A stretch of 64,000 bases of DNA from Polyangiaceae bacterium (GCA_035063585.1 JAPSGB010000003.1:64001-128000), one strand, 5' to 3'; positions 41,595 through 51,155 are shown, counted from the stretch's first letter. The notes: a model not told the origin generated them from the letters alone. Numbers and translations: made by a program.

Positions 41595-42557
41595 CTAGCG
41601 AGCGCGACTCGAGCCGTCGCTCGCCGCAGGGCCCGCGCCCTCGGCGACGCGGCGGATGGCGCGGATGATGGTGTGGAGATCTCGCACCCCGTCGATGACC
41701 TCGCTCCGCGCGAGCTCGTAGCACGCGGCGTCGAGCGTCTCGTCGTCGGTGGCGAGCTCGCCGCGGAGCACGCCCGCGAGCAGCGCCGAGAGCCGTCGGG
41801 CCGCGCCCTCGGACGCGAAGAGATCTCCGCCGAGCTCGGGGGCCGCGCCGCCGGCCGCGCCGATGAAGCCAATCGCCTCCTCCAACACCACATCCCACGG
41901 CGGGCGCGCGTCGACGGCGTCCGGGCGGAGCTCGGCGTTCGTGAAGTCGCCGGGGGCGAGGTCGCCGTAGGCCTTCGCGTACTCTTCGACGATGAGGCGC
42001 GTGAGCTCGGCGGGGTCGAGCGGCGCGCCGCGCATCGTCTCGAGCGTCGCGGGGATCGCGCCGAGGAACGGATCGAGCGCGCGGAGCGGGTAGCCATCGA
42101 AGCGCGCCGGGAGCAAGAAGGAGTGCGAGACGGGGAGGATCGCCTCGACCCACGCCGCGCGGTCGTCGTAGAGCGCGAAGCCGACCCAGGCGATCGGGCG
42201 GTGGTCCGCGCTCACCCAGTCGCGGCCGAAGTAGCTCGCGCGCACGCCGGCCCGCCGGAGCGCGCGGAGCAGCGGGCGGACGTAACGGTTCAGCAGGCGG
42301 TCGTCCGGGCAGTCGGTGAGCGCGCCCGGGCTCGGCAGCGCGAGCGCCAGGTGGAGCGTCCCCGGGCCCACGATGAGCGCCGGGCCGCCGGAGGCGCGGC
42401 GGGTGAGCGCGTAGCCGGCGCGCGAGAGCTCGGGGGTGCGGACCGCGCTCGCGGCGCGCTGATACGCGCCGAGCACGCACTCGTGGCGCTCGACGGGGAC
42501 CAGCGCGAGCCGCGCGGCGTCCGGAGCGATGCGGGGGCGAGGCGGAGGCGTCGTCAT
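41595..42557 (-). CDS. Lipoate-protein ligase A-like protein, divergent
   Basis: VLGAYQ, RRASGGPAL, ELGGDLF C-terminal domain; the expected catalytic Lys position reads HRPI. Confidence 0.65.
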   Translation of the reverse strand: MTTPPPRPRIAPDAARLALVPVERHECVLGAYQRAASAVRTPELSRAGYALTRRASGGPALIVGPGTLHLALALPSPGALTDCPDDRLLNRYVRPLLRALRRAGVRASYFGRDWVSADHRPIAWVGFALYDDRAAWVEAILPVSHSFLLPARFDGYPLRALDPFLGAIPATLETMRGAPLDPAELTRLIVEEYAKAYGDLAPGDFTNAELRPDAVDARPPWDVVLEEAIGFIGAAGGAAPELGGDLFASEGAARRLSALLAGVLRGELATDDETLDAACYELARSEVIDGVRDLHTIIRAIRRVAEGAGPAASDGSSRAR

Positions 42558-42712
42558 CCGGGAGGGCGTGCGGGGGATTCGAGCGCGCGTCGAGCCCGCG
42601 CGCCGAGCCCAGGTTACTCCTCGCGGGGGAGCCCGGCCCGCCCGAAATGCGCCGAGGCCGCGACCTCGCGGGCCGCGGCCTCGGCAGGCGCTCTCGCTTG
42701 CGGCTCGCGCGC

Positions 42713-45109
42713 CTACTTGATGATCACGCGGTCGGTCGCGAGCTTGAAGTACGACGAGTACCCCGCCGCCTGGAGGCAGGCGTCGAGCGGGACCGTCTTG
42801 CCGTTCTTGTCCTTGCAGCCGTTGACCTGCTTGTTCGCTCCCGCGCTGAACTTATAGGGCGGCGTGGTGCCGGCGGGGATCTTGGCGGGGTCGGACTGAT
42901 CGGGCTGGGTGGGGGCGACCGCCTCGACGAAGACGAGCACCCTGCACCCGCCCACGATGAGATCGAGGAGTGAGTTGTTCGCGTTGTACGCCGAGCACAC
43001 GCCGGTGATCCCGTCGGTGAGCATCACCTTCGACATCGAGTACGCGCTCACGTTGCCGCAGAGCTTGCCGGCGCCGTTGTCGTTCTGCGTGCCGCCGGTC
43101 TGGAAGCTCGTGAGCGCGGGGTCGAGGTGCTCGCTCGCGAGGTGCCCGGGCGGGTTTCCGGTCGAGGTCGTCGGCGTCGAGGTGGAGCCGAGCTTCACCT
43201 GTACCTTGCCCTGCGAGATCTGGAGCGGGGCCGGCGAGCCGCTGATCGAGATGGTCAGCGTGATGTTGCCCGGGCCGACGCTGAGCACGCTGCCGGCGAT
43301 GCTGCCCGAGAGGGTACCGGTGGGTCTGCGGTTCGCGTCGAGGGAGAGCGGGTCGGCCGTGTACCACCAGTCGAGGTCGGTCGTGGCGCCGGCGCCGCCC
43401 GGATACGTCACGCCGCCCGGAAGGAGCGGAGTCCCGCTCATGAACCCGACCTTGACCGCCGAGTCCGCCGTGCCCGAGAGGTCATCGAGATCGAGGAACT
43501 GGGCGAGCACCGAGATGCTGCCGTCCGCGACCCCCTTGTCGAGCGCGTCCTGGAGCTGCCCCTGCGCCGCGCTCTTGATCGCGCCGCCGAGCGCGTTCGC
43601 CGTGCAGTACGCATTCGCGCCGCTGTCCTTGGCCCACTGCATCTTGAGGTACGTGACGCGGTGATCCTGCTCGAACTTGCAGGTCGCGTCGCAGCCGTCG
43701 AGGTTCGTGGTGTTGCCGTCGTCGCACTGCTCGCCCGCCTCGCGCGTACCGTTGCCGCACGCGGCCGCCGTGATGGTGTGGCACTGCGCGTCGCAGGTGG
43801 CGCTGCCGGGCGGCTCGCACTGTTCACCCTTCGTCGAGTCGACGCAGCCGTCACCGCAGGTCGACGAGGCGCAGGCGCCGCTCTGGCACACGCCTCCGCC
43901 CGCGCACGCGGTGCAACTGGCGGCGTTGGTGCCCGCCGCGCACTTCTTCACCGTCTGACCACCCGAGCTGCTGGTCGTGCAGGACTCGGCGCCGTTGCAC
44001 GAGTTGCCGTCCGAGCAGTCCGCCGCCGAATTGCACGCGAACTTGCAGCTGCCGGGCAGGCAGCCGTTGGCCGCCGAGTTGTTGCCGCCGAGATCGCAGT
44101 CCTCGCCCGCGTTCTTGACGCCGTCACCGCAGGAGGCCGTGGTGCAGACGCCGCTCTTGCAGGTCTCTCCGTTCGAGCCGCACGAGACGCCGTCGCCGAG
44201 CGGCGTCCCGGTCCGGCAGGCCTGCCCGGTCGCGCCGCCGACGGTCACCGTCGTGCAGGTGTTGGTGCCGCCGCAGAGATCGCCCGTCACGCAGGAGTCG
44301 GGGGTCTTGGTGCACGAGAACTTGCAGTCTACCTCGCAGCCGGTATCCGCGCCGTTCGCGGGGCCGAAATCGCAGTCCTCTCCGGAGTCGAGGTGGCCGT
44401 CGCCGCACGACGCTGGCTTGCACGCGCCGTCCTGGCAGGTACCGCCGGTGCAGGCGGTGCCGTTCGCCTTGTTCGCGCCCGCGGCGCAGGTGTGCGCGCC
44501 GTCGTCGCAGGTGCCGCTTTCGACGCACTCGCTCGTCGAGGCGCAGTTTCGCGTCGCGTCCGTCGAGAGGCAGGAGAACTTACAGGAGTCGCAGCCGTCG
44601 CCCAGGGTGACGTTGCCGTCGTCGCACTCCTCTCCCTGGTCGATGAAGCCGTCGCCGCACTTCACGTCCGAGCAGACGCCGTCGTGGCATACCTGGTCGG
44701 TGCCGCAGCTCGTGCCGTTGGCCGCCTGGCCTGGCGAGCCGCAGGTGTGCGTAGCGAGGTCGCACGCCTCGGCGCCGTTGCACGGGTCACCGTCGTCGCA
44801 GTTCGAATCCTTGCGGCAGCTGAAGCTGCACTCGTTGTTGCAGCCGTCGTTGGGATCGTCGTTGCCGTCGTCGCACTCCTCGGGCGCCTGGACGACCCCG
44901 TCGTGGTTGCAGTTCGTCTGTTGCCCTCCGTCGGGCTGCTCGGCGTCGGTGTCGGCGTCGCTGCCCGCGTCGCTGCTCGCGCCGCCGGTGCCCGAGCCGT
45001 CACCCGACGACTCGTCTCCGCCGCCGCAGCCGGCCGGCGCGAGGAGCGAGAGGCCTCCGAGGAGAGCGAGCGTGAAGACCGCACTGGTTCCTGAACGTAA
45101 ACGACCCAT
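42713..45109 (-). CDS. Large myxobacterial cysteine-rich repeat (DUF4215-like) lipoprotein
   Basis: Lipobox PAGC; repeated CGDG.....E.CDDGN....DGC and CDDGDPCNGAEAC modules; non-repetitive C-terminal domain. Confidence 0.85.
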   Translation of the reverse strand: MGRLRSGTSAVFTLALLGGLSLLAPAGCGGGDESSGDGSGTGGASSDAGSDADTDAEQPDGGQQTNCNHDGVVQAPEECDDGNDDPNDGCNNECSFSCRKDSNCDDGDPCNGAEACDLATHTCGSPGQAANGTSCGTDQVCHDGVCSDVKCGDGFIDQGEECDDGNVTLGDGCDSCKFSCLSTDATRNCASTSECVESGTCDDGAHTCAAGANKANGTACTGGTCQDGACKPASCGDGHLDSGEDCDFGPANGADTGCEVDCKFSCTKTPDSCVTGDLCGGTNTCTTVTVGGATGQACRTGTPLGDGVSCGSNGETCKSGVCTTASCGDGVKNAGEDCDLGGNNSAANGCLPGSCKFACNSAADCSDGNSCNGAESCTTSSSGGQTVKKCAAGTNAASCTACAGGGVCQSGACASSTCGDGCVDSTKGEQCEPPGSATCDAQCHTITAAACGNGTREAGEQCDDGNTTNLDGCDATCKFEQDHRVTYLKMQWAKDSGANAYCTANALGGAIKSAAQGQLQDALDKGVADGSISVLAQFLDLDDLSGTADSAVKVGFMSGTPLLPGGVTYPGGAGATTDLDWWYTADPLSLDANRRPTGTLSGSIAGSVLSVGPGNITLTISISGSPAPLQISQGKVQVKLGSTSTPTTSTGNPPGHLASEHLDPALTSFQTGGTQNDNGAGKLCGNVSAYSMSKVMLTDGITGVCSAYNANNSLLDLIVGGCRVLVFVEAVAPTQPDQSDPAKIPAGTTPPYKFSAGANKQVNGCKDKNGKTVPLDACLQAAGYSSYFKLATDRVIIK

Positions 45110-45350
45110 GTTGTGTGCCTCCGGGCTTGCGACTCGACCCGAGCGAGCCAACGTGTGGCCCGCATCATACGCCCGGCCGGCCGGCGGTGTGGCATCAGAA
45201 ATCCTGCAACGCAGCGCGTTGTAAGGGAATTTCTCGCTTGCCGCGCTGCGGCACGGGGCCTTGGCGCCGCCGCAGGGGAGCAATTCGAGCCGCGCCGCGG
45301 TCGGTTCTCCCTCGCGCGGACGGCGCGACTGCGCTACGAGTCGCGGCCGG

Positions 45351-45424
45351 GCGCCCGTAGCTCAGCTGGATAGAGCGCCAGCCTCCGGAGCTGGAAGTCG
45401 CAGGTTCGAATCCTGCCGGGCGCG
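45351..45424 (+). tRNA. tRNA-Arg(CCG)
   Basis: Cloverleaf: GCGCCCG/CGGGCGC acceptor, GCTC/GAGC D-stem, CCAGC-CT CCG GA-GCTGG anticodon arm, GCAGG-TTCGAAT-CCTGC T-arm; CCA not encoded. Confidence 0.97.
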
Positions 45425-45502
45425 CTCGAGCCCGCCTCGTAGGCCGGCTCGGGCCGCCCCCCGCTGGCGCGGCGCCATGGCTCGCGGCCATACTCGCGCG
45501 CC

Positions 45503-46792
45503 ATGACGCACCCCCTCCGCCGGCACCTCGACCAAGCGCGCCGCGTGCGCCCCTCCGCCATCCGTGGCGACGAGCGCCCGGCCGAGATCGTGACCGACAA
45601 GTTCCCGGCCTACGCGGGGCGAAGCCTCCGGCTCGCCTACGAGCTCATGCGCGCGACGGTCGAGCGGCGCGCGGCGACCTTCCTCACCCTCGCGGGCGCG
45701 ATGACGCCGGCCGGGCTCCACTCGTCGTGCCTCGTGCCGCTCATCGAGCGCGGGCTCATCGACGTCATCACCACCACCGGCGCGAACCTCTACCACGACG
45801 CTCACCGCGTGATCGGCCACGCGGTGAGCGAGATCGATCCGGCGGCGGGCGATCTCGCGATGAGGAAGGCGCGTGTCATCCGCATCTACGATCTCGCGTT
45901 TCCCGAGGAGGCGCTGCTCGACACCGATCGCCTGTTTTCGGCCATCATCAGCAAGCCCGCCTTTCAGAAGCGCATGACCACGCCCGAGTTCCACCGCCTC
46001 CTCGGCCAGGAGCTCGCGCGGCTCGAGGAGCGGCTCGGCGTGAAGGAGCCGTCGCTGCTCGCCACGGCGTACCGCCACGACGTCCCCATCTTCGTCGGCG
46101 CGGTCCAAGACGGCTCGATCTTCCTGAACGTCGTGAAGCTGAAGGCGCTCCTCGGCGACGCCTTCCGCTGCGAGCTCGATCCGGCGGCGGATGTCTTCGA
46201 GATGGCCGCGGTGCAGCACTACTGCGACGAGACGCTCGGCTTGCCGCTCGCGGTGTGGATGCTCGGCGGCGGCGTGCCGAAGAACTACACGCTGCAGGGC
46301 GAGCCGCTCCTCTCGCAGATCCTGGAGGTGCCGACGCCGGGCTTCGACATCGACGTGCAGATCTGCGTCGACGTCGCCGACAACGGCGCGCTCTCCGGCG
46401 CGACCGCGTCCGAGGGCCACACCTGGGGCAAGACCACCGCCGAGAGCGTGAAGCACGGCAGCGTGTATCTTCGCTCGGACGTCACCGTCGCGATGCCCTG
46501 GCTCACCTACGCGCTCCTGTCCGATCCGAAGATGAAGAAGCCGGGCCTCCGGCTCGCCAAGCGGCTCCCCGAGGCGAACGCGCGGCTCGCGCGCGAGGTG
46601 GAGCGCCGCCGCGCGAAGCTCGAGCGCGGGCTCTCGTTCTCCGGCCTCGACGCCGCTGCTCCGTCGAAGCAGGCGCCGAAGCGGGCGTCGAAGCAGGCGT
46701 CGAAGCAGGCGCCGAAGCAGGCGTCGAAGCAGGCGCCGAAGCAGGCGCCGAAGCAGGCGAAGACGCGTCGGAGCGCCGCGAAGCAGCGCTAG
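45503..46792 (+). CDS. Deoxyhypusine synthase-like protein (probable homospermidine synthesis) with basic repeat tail
   Basis: AGAMTPAG, TTGANLYHD, GGGVPKN, GALSGAT..E..TWGK with the active-site Lys. Confidence 0.88.
   Translation: MTHPLRRHLDQARRVRPSAIRGDERPAEIVTDKFPAYAGRSLRLAYELMRATVERRAATFLTLAGAMTPAGLHSSCLVPLIERGLIDVITTTGANLYHDAHRVIGHAVSEIDPAAGDLAMRKARVIRIYDLAFPEEALLDTDRLFSAIISKPAFQKRMTTPEFHRLLGQELARLEERLGVKEPSLLATAYRHDVPIFVGAVQDGSIFLNVVKLKALLGDAFRCELDPAADVFEMAAVQHYCDETLGLPLAVWMLGGGVPKNYTLQGEPLLSQILEVPTPGFDIDVQICVDVADNGALSGATASEGHTWGKTTAESVKHGSVYLRSDVTVAMPWLTYALLSDPKMKKPGLRLAKRLPEANARLAREVERRRAKLERGLSFSGLDAAAPSKQAPKRASKQASKQAPKQASKQAPKQAPKQAKTRRSAAKQR
46664..46759 (+). repeat. Eight 12-bp tandem repeats encoding (S/P)K(Q/R)A
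   Basis: YCGAAGCRGGCG x8. Confidence 0.92.
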
Positions 46793-46837
46793 GGTGGGGG
46801 TCGGTTCGGCGCGGAACCGCGCCGGCGCCCGGGCGCC

Positions 46838-47617
46838 TCAGGAGCGACGGTTGCCCGGCGCGGGGCCCCGGAAGAAGTCTCCCGTGATCCGGATGCGCCG
46901 CTCGGCGGCGCGCGCCGCGGCGGTGCCGCAGCCCATCGACTTCGACGAGGTGAGCCAGCGCTGCCAGAGCGCGCGGTGCTCCCCGCTCGTCGGACAGACG
47001 ACGAGCGGCCCCTCGTAGCGGGCCATCCCGAGCGCGACGATGAACGAGCCCACGCCGAGGCCGTCCATCGAGGCCTGCTCCGCTCCGCCGCCGAAGAGCC
47101 GTACATATTCGAGGCGCTCGCCCGCCGCGCGCAGCACCTCCGGGGCTCGCGCGAGCTCGTCCTCGCGTGGTCGCACCTCCCAGGCGAGCGCGACGTGCTC
47201 GAGCCCGCGCTCGGCGAGCTCGCGCGCGAGCTCGGCCGCGTCGCTCGGGACCGTGCCGTGCGAGACGAGCAGGCGCCCGCCCGCCTTCGCGTAGAGCGCG
47301 TCGAGCTCGGCGAGGCGCTCGAGCGGGACCACCCCGCGCGGCGCCACGATCGGCGCCGAGACGATCGCCGAGCGTTCCGCGGTGGCGAGCTGGCCGAGCG
47401 CTTCCAGGCTCGTGACGTAAATCCCGACGATGGGAAACCCACGCTCGGCGAAGAGCGCGCGGAGCTCCGCGAGCTCGCCGTTCGAGCGCGCGCGCGCCGG
47501 CTCGCCCGCCGCGTCGCAGACGAGCTCGACGCCGCCGAGCCCGCGCCGCTCACACACCTCGAGGAACCCTGCCGCCGGGCGGCCCGGATCGACGCTCTCA
47601 CTGACTGCTTGATACAT
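46838..47617 (-). CDS. Hypothetical protein, degenerate xylose-isomerase-like TIM barrel
   Basis: GLGGVEL, VALAWEV, RLEYVRL, RYEGPLVV pattern of AP-endonuclease-2-like barrels; C-terminal MGCG; GAAGG SD. Confidence 0.55.
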   Translation of the reverse strand: MYQAVSESVDPGRPAAGFLEVCERRGLGGVELVCDAAGEPARARSNGELAELRALFAERGFPIVGIYVTSLEALGQLATAERSAIVSAPIVAPRGVVPLERLAELDALYAKAGGRLLVSHGTVPSDAAELARELAERGLEHVALAWEVRPREDELARAPEVLRAAGERLEYVRLFGGGAEQASMDGLGVGSFIVALGMARYEGPLVVCPTSGEHRALWQRWLTSSKSMGCGTAAARAAERRIRITGDFFRGPAPGNRRS

Positions 47618-47742
47618 GGCTTCGAATCACCCTTCCTTCAGCCATACCGCGCCTCGCCCGTCGGCGCGAGCGGAGGCCTCGGCGCGCCGCCGGCCGCGCC
47701 GGACCGACTCCTCGAAGCCAGCCCGGCTCGCATGACCGGCGG

Positions 47743-48144
47743 TCAAAAGACGCCGTCCTCGACGCGCTTCGGATCCCAGCGAGGTTTCCACACGAGCTTG
47801 GCGGAGACGTCGCGCACGCCGGGGAGCGGCTCGAGCGCGGCGTGGATGCCGCCGCGGATCGAGTGCTCGAGCGGGCAGCCGCGCGTGGTGAGCGTGAAGA
47901 CGACCTGCACGTGGCCGTCGTCGTGGCGGACCTCGTACACGAGCCCGAGCGTGACGATGTCGACCCCGAGCTCGGGATCGATCACCTCGCCGAGCGCGCG
48001 GTAGAGTTCGCCCACCATCGGAGCGCTCGCCTCTTGCTCGGCGCGCGAGGGATACGGGCTCACCGGCGCGCTTGCGCCTCCGGGCGGCGCGCCGCGGAGC
48101 GCGGTGAGGAGCCACGCCCACCAGCGGGCCACGCTAGCCGGCAT
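47743..48144 (-). CDS. DUF59/SufT-like metal-sulfur cluster assembly factor
   Basis: VIDPELGVDIVTLGLVY, TLTTRGCPL, LVWKPRW; GGAGG SD. Confidence 0.88.
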   Translation of the reverse strand: MPASVARWWAWLLTALRGAPPGGASAPVSPYPSRAEQEASAPMVGELYRALGEVIDPELGVDIVTLGLVYEVRHDDGHVQVVFTLTTRGCPLEHSIRGGIHAALEPLPGVRDVSAKLVWKPRWDPKRVEDGVF

Positions 48145-48204
48145 GGACCTCCGTGCGGTCGCTCGGGACCGCGCGCTCAGCCCCCGAGAGCGCCCTAGGA
48201 GTCA

Positions 48205-48231
48205 GAATATGTTTCAAAACGAAACATATTC
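48205..48231. promoter_or_regulatory. Perfect 11-5-11 AT-rich inverted repeat (operator) in a divergent promoter
   Basis: GAATATGTTTC-AAAAC-GAAACATATTC. Confidence 0.8.
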
Positions 48232-48287
48232 CGTTCCTGTGGTCCCGCAGGTGACCGGGGTCATGGGCGCGGGCCGGCGCGCGGCGC

Positions 48288-48776
48288 ATGAGCCACCCGA
48301 TGGCCTCCGAGCGCACCGCCGCGCCCGCGTCCCTCGCGGACTCGCGCGTGCTCGTGCGCGCGCGATGGCTCGCGACCGTGGTCGTGCTCTTCGGCGTGGT
48401 CACCATCATCGCGGGGGGCGCCGTGCTCTCGGGGCAGGTGGACGGCGGAAAGGTGGTGCCGTTCGTGCTCTGGTTCAACTTCCTGGCTGGGTTTTTCTAC
48501 GTCGCGGCCGGCGTCGCGATCGCGCGTCTGTCGCGCTGGGCGCCGCGGCTCGCGGGGCTCCTCGCGGGCGCTACCACGGCGCTCGCGGTCGCGTTCGCCG
48601 CGCACGTGGCGCGCGGCGGCGCGTTCGAGCCGCGCACTGCCCTCGCGCTCGCGGTTCGCGCGGGCGCGTGGGCAGTGATCGCCTACGCGAGCGCGCGGCT
48701 GGTCGCCGCCGGGCGCGCGAGCGCCGAACGTCGGCTTGGCAAGCGCGTCGCCGGAGGGCAGGCTCGCCCGCGATGA
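48288..48776 (+). CDS. Four-TM hypothetical membrane protein
   Basis: FGVVTIIAGG, VVPFVLWFNFLAGFFYV, FEPRT; ATGA-coupled to the next gene. Confidence 0.75.
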   Translation: MSHPMASERTAAPASLADSRVLVRARWLATVVVLFGVVTIIAGGAVLSGQVDGGKVVPFVLWFNFLAGFFYVAAGVAIARLSRWAPRLAGLLAGATTALAVAFAAHVARGGAFEPRTALALAVRAGAWAVIAYASARLVAAGRASAERRLGKRVAGGQARPR

Positions 48777-49279
48777 AGCGCATCACCGAGTACCTCTACG
48801 ACGAGCACCAGCGCCTGCACGCGCTGCTCGAGGCCGCCGATACCGAGCCGGTCGACCTCGACGCGTACGCGTCGTTTCGCGCCATCCTCCTCCGCCACAT
48901 CGGCATCGAGGAGAAGATCCTGTTTCCGGCCGTGAAGCGCGCGCTCGGCCGCCCGCTCGAGGCGGCGCCCATCCTCCGTATCGAGCACGCCGCGCTCACC
49001 TCGCTGATGGTCTCGACCCCGGACCGCGCGCTCATCGCCGAGGTGCGCGGGCTGCTCCATCGCCACGATGAGCGCGAGGAGCGCGAGGGTGGCATCTACG
49101 CCGAGTGCGACGTCGTGCTCGGCGACGAGAGCTTCGCGCTCCACGAGGGCGCGCGCACCCAGCGCGAGGTGCCGGTGTCGAAGTACTACGACGGTCCGGA
49201 GGCCTATCGCACCGCGGCGGCGGCCCTCGCCGCCGCCGAGCGCATCGCGGCCGCGCGAAGACAGCGAAAGCCGGGCTGA
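48773..49279 (+). CDS. Hemerythrin/HHE-domain protein
   Basis: EHQRL, RHIGIEEKILFP, EH, HDEREE..IY. Confidence 0.85.
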   Translation: MKRITEYLYDEHQRLHALLEAADTEPVDLDAYASFRAILLRHIGIEEKILFPAVKRALGRPLEAAPILRIEHAALTSLMVSTPDRALIAEVRGLLHRHDEREEREGGIYAECDVVLGDESFALHEGARTQREVPVSKYYDGPEAYRTAAAALAAAERIAAARRQRKPG

Positions 49280-49350
49280 ACGAAGGCGCGGTGGTGCGCT
49301 CGCGCGTGGCGCGCGACCCGCGCCGCGGCTCAGGCTAGGCTCGGCTCGTC

Positions 49351-50121
49351 ATGCGCGTCCGCCTGGTCCCGTGCCTCCGTGACAACTACGCTTACCTGGT
49401 CTGGCGCGCCGGCGCGAAGGAGGCGCTGGTCGTCGATCCGAGCGAGACCGAGCCGGTGCTCGAGGCGCTCCGAGTCGAGGGGCTCACGCTCGCCGGGATC
49501 TTGAACACGCATCACCACTACGATCACGTGGGCGGCAACGCCGCGCTCGTCGAGCGGTTCGGGCCGCTCCCGGTCTTCGCGCACGCCTCGGACGCCGGGC
49601 GCGTCCCGGCGCAGACCGTCGAGCTCGAGCAGGGGAGCGTGGTCGCGCTCGCGGGGCTCAGCTTCGACGTCTTGCACGTGCCCGGGCACACGCTCGGGGC
49701 CGTCGCGTACGCGGGGGAGGGCGCGGTGTTCACCGGAGACACGCTCTTCGCGGCGGGCTGCGGTCGTCTGTTCGAGGGCACCGCGGCGATGATGTACGAG
49801 TCGTTGAACTCGAAGCTCGGCGCGCTCCCCGACGCCACCCGCGTCTACCCGGGGCACGAGTACACGGAGACGAACCTCCGCTTCGCCGCGCACGTCGAGC
49901 CGGCCAATCGCGAGGTCGTAGCGAAGCTCGAGCGCGTCCGGGCCGAGCGGTCCCGCGCCGAGCCGACCATCCCCTCCACCATCGGGGAGGAGCGGCTCAC
50001 CAACCCGTTCCTTCGCGTGACGAGCCCGGCGCTCGTCGCGCTCGTCGCCGGCGAGCTCGGCGGCGAGCGCGCGCCCGCTGAGGTGTTCGGCGCGCTCCGC
50101 GCGATGAAGGACGCGTTCTGA
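49351..50121 (+). CDS. gloB: Hydroxyacylglutathione hydrolase (glyoxalase II)
   Basis: DNYAY, THHHYDHVGG, PGHT, FTGDTLFAAGCGRLFEG, GHEYT, NPFLR. Confidence 0.95.
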   Translation: MRVRLVPCLRDNYAYLVWRAGAKEALVVDPSETEPVLEALRVEGLTLAGILNTHHHYDHVGGNAALVERFGPLPVFAHASDAGRVPAQTVELEQGSVVALAGLSFDVLHVPGHTLGAVAYAGEGAVFTGDTLFAAGCGRLFEGTAAMMYESLNSKLGALPDATRVYPGHEYTETNLRFAAHVEPANREVVAKLERVRAERSRAEPTIPSTIGEERLTNPFLRVTSPALVALVAGELGGERAPAEVFGALRAMKDAF

Positions 50122-50124
50122 GCG

Positions 50125-51108
50125 ATGCGCGGGCTCGTGAGCCTCGCGCTCGGTTCGGTCCTCGTCGTGGTTGCCTGCGACGAGGACCGCCGCCGGGCGC
50201 CGCCCGCGGCCCCGGCGACGGCGGCGAGCGCCGTCGCGAGCGCGCCCGCGGCCCCGGCGACGGAGGCGAGCGCGCCGGACGCGAAGCTCGTCGCGGCCGA
50301 GACGCTCACCTGGCACTACGCGAGCACGCCGGCCGGGCCCATCGACGTGGTGGTGGCGGTGCCTGCTCACACGAGCGGTGAGAAGCTGCCGGTCGTCATC
50401 GCGCTGCACGGCCGCGGCGAGGCGTTCAAGGGGCCCGCGCGGGGCGCGCGCGGGTGGCTCGACGACTACGGCCTGCTCGCCGCCGAGCGGCGGCTCCGAG
50501 CTCCGCCGCTCACGCGCGCCGGGCTGGAAGGCATGGCCGACGATGCGCGGCTCGCACGCATGAACGAGAGCCTCTCGCGGCGACCCTTCCGCGGCGTCAT
50601 CGTGGTGTGCCCGTACACCCCGGACGTGCTCGCGGACGGTCGCCCGTTCTCGGCGGTCGCGCCCTTCACCGAGTTCGTGAAGGAGACGCTCCTGCCGCGC
50701 GTGCGCCGCGACGCGCCCGCGCTCGCCGAGCCGGCCGCGACCGGCATCGATGGCGTGAGCCTCGGCGGGAGGGTGGCGCTGCTCACCGGGCTCGCGCTGC
50801 CGGAGCTGTTCGGCGTGGTCGCCTCCGAGCAGGCCGCCTTCGACTCCGCGGACGCGCCCGAGCTCGCACGCCTCGCGGTCGAGGCGCGTCGCCGGCGCCC
50901 GAGCCTGAAGCTCCGTCTGCTCACCAGCGACCGCGACTACTTCCTCCGCCCGAACCGCGCCATCTCTCGCGCGCTGACCGACGCGGGCGTGCCGCACGAG
51001 TTCGTCGAGATCCCGGGGACCCACAGCTATGAGTTCAACCGTGGGCCGGGCGCGGTGGAGCTCCTACTCTTCCACGACCGCGCACTGCGCGGCGAGCCGC
51101 CGCTCTGA
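50125..51108 (+). CDS. Esterase-like alpha/beta-hydrolase lipoprotein
   Basis: Lipobox VVAC; ALHG; GVSLGG nucleophile; PGTH. Confidence 0.78.
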   Translation: MRGLVSLALGSVLVVVACDEDRRRAPPAAPATAASAVASAPAAPATEASAPDAKLVAAETLTWHYASTPAGPIDVVVAVPAHTSGEKLPVVIALHGRGEAFKGPARGARGWLDDYGLLAAERRLRAPPLTRAGLEGMADDARLARMNESLSRRPFRGVIVVCPYTPDVLADGRPFSAVAPFTEFVKETLLPRVRRDAPALAEPAATGIDGVSLGGRVALLTGLALPELFGVVASEQAAFDSADAPELARLAVEARRRRPSLKLRLLTSDRDYFLRPNRAISRALTDAGVPHEFVEIPGTHSYEFNRGPGAVELLLFHDRALRGEPPL

Positions 51109-51155
51109 GCGGCGCCAGGGGTAGTTCTTCGCGCGGGGCGGACCTCGCGCGAGCG

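Noticed and set aside
45189..45215. Possible sigma54 promoter TGGCATCAGAAATCCTGC near the tRNA
   Set aside because: GG-to-GC spacing is wrong for a -24/-12 element.
45351..45500. tRNA-Arg as an integration site for an island
   Set aside because: No integrase, no duplicated tRNA 3' end seen in the window, and no composition shift in the flanks.
46380..46410. SGAT motif as a flavinylation target for the ApbE in this window
   Set aside because: It is part of the conserved DHS GxLSGA motif in a cytoplasmic enzyme, not an extracytoplasmic FMN-binding domain.
48104..48772. N-terminal extension of the 391-aa hemerythrin ORF
   Set aside because: The extension overlaps the operator and the membrane-protein gene in another frame; the real start is the ATGA-coupled ATG at 48773.
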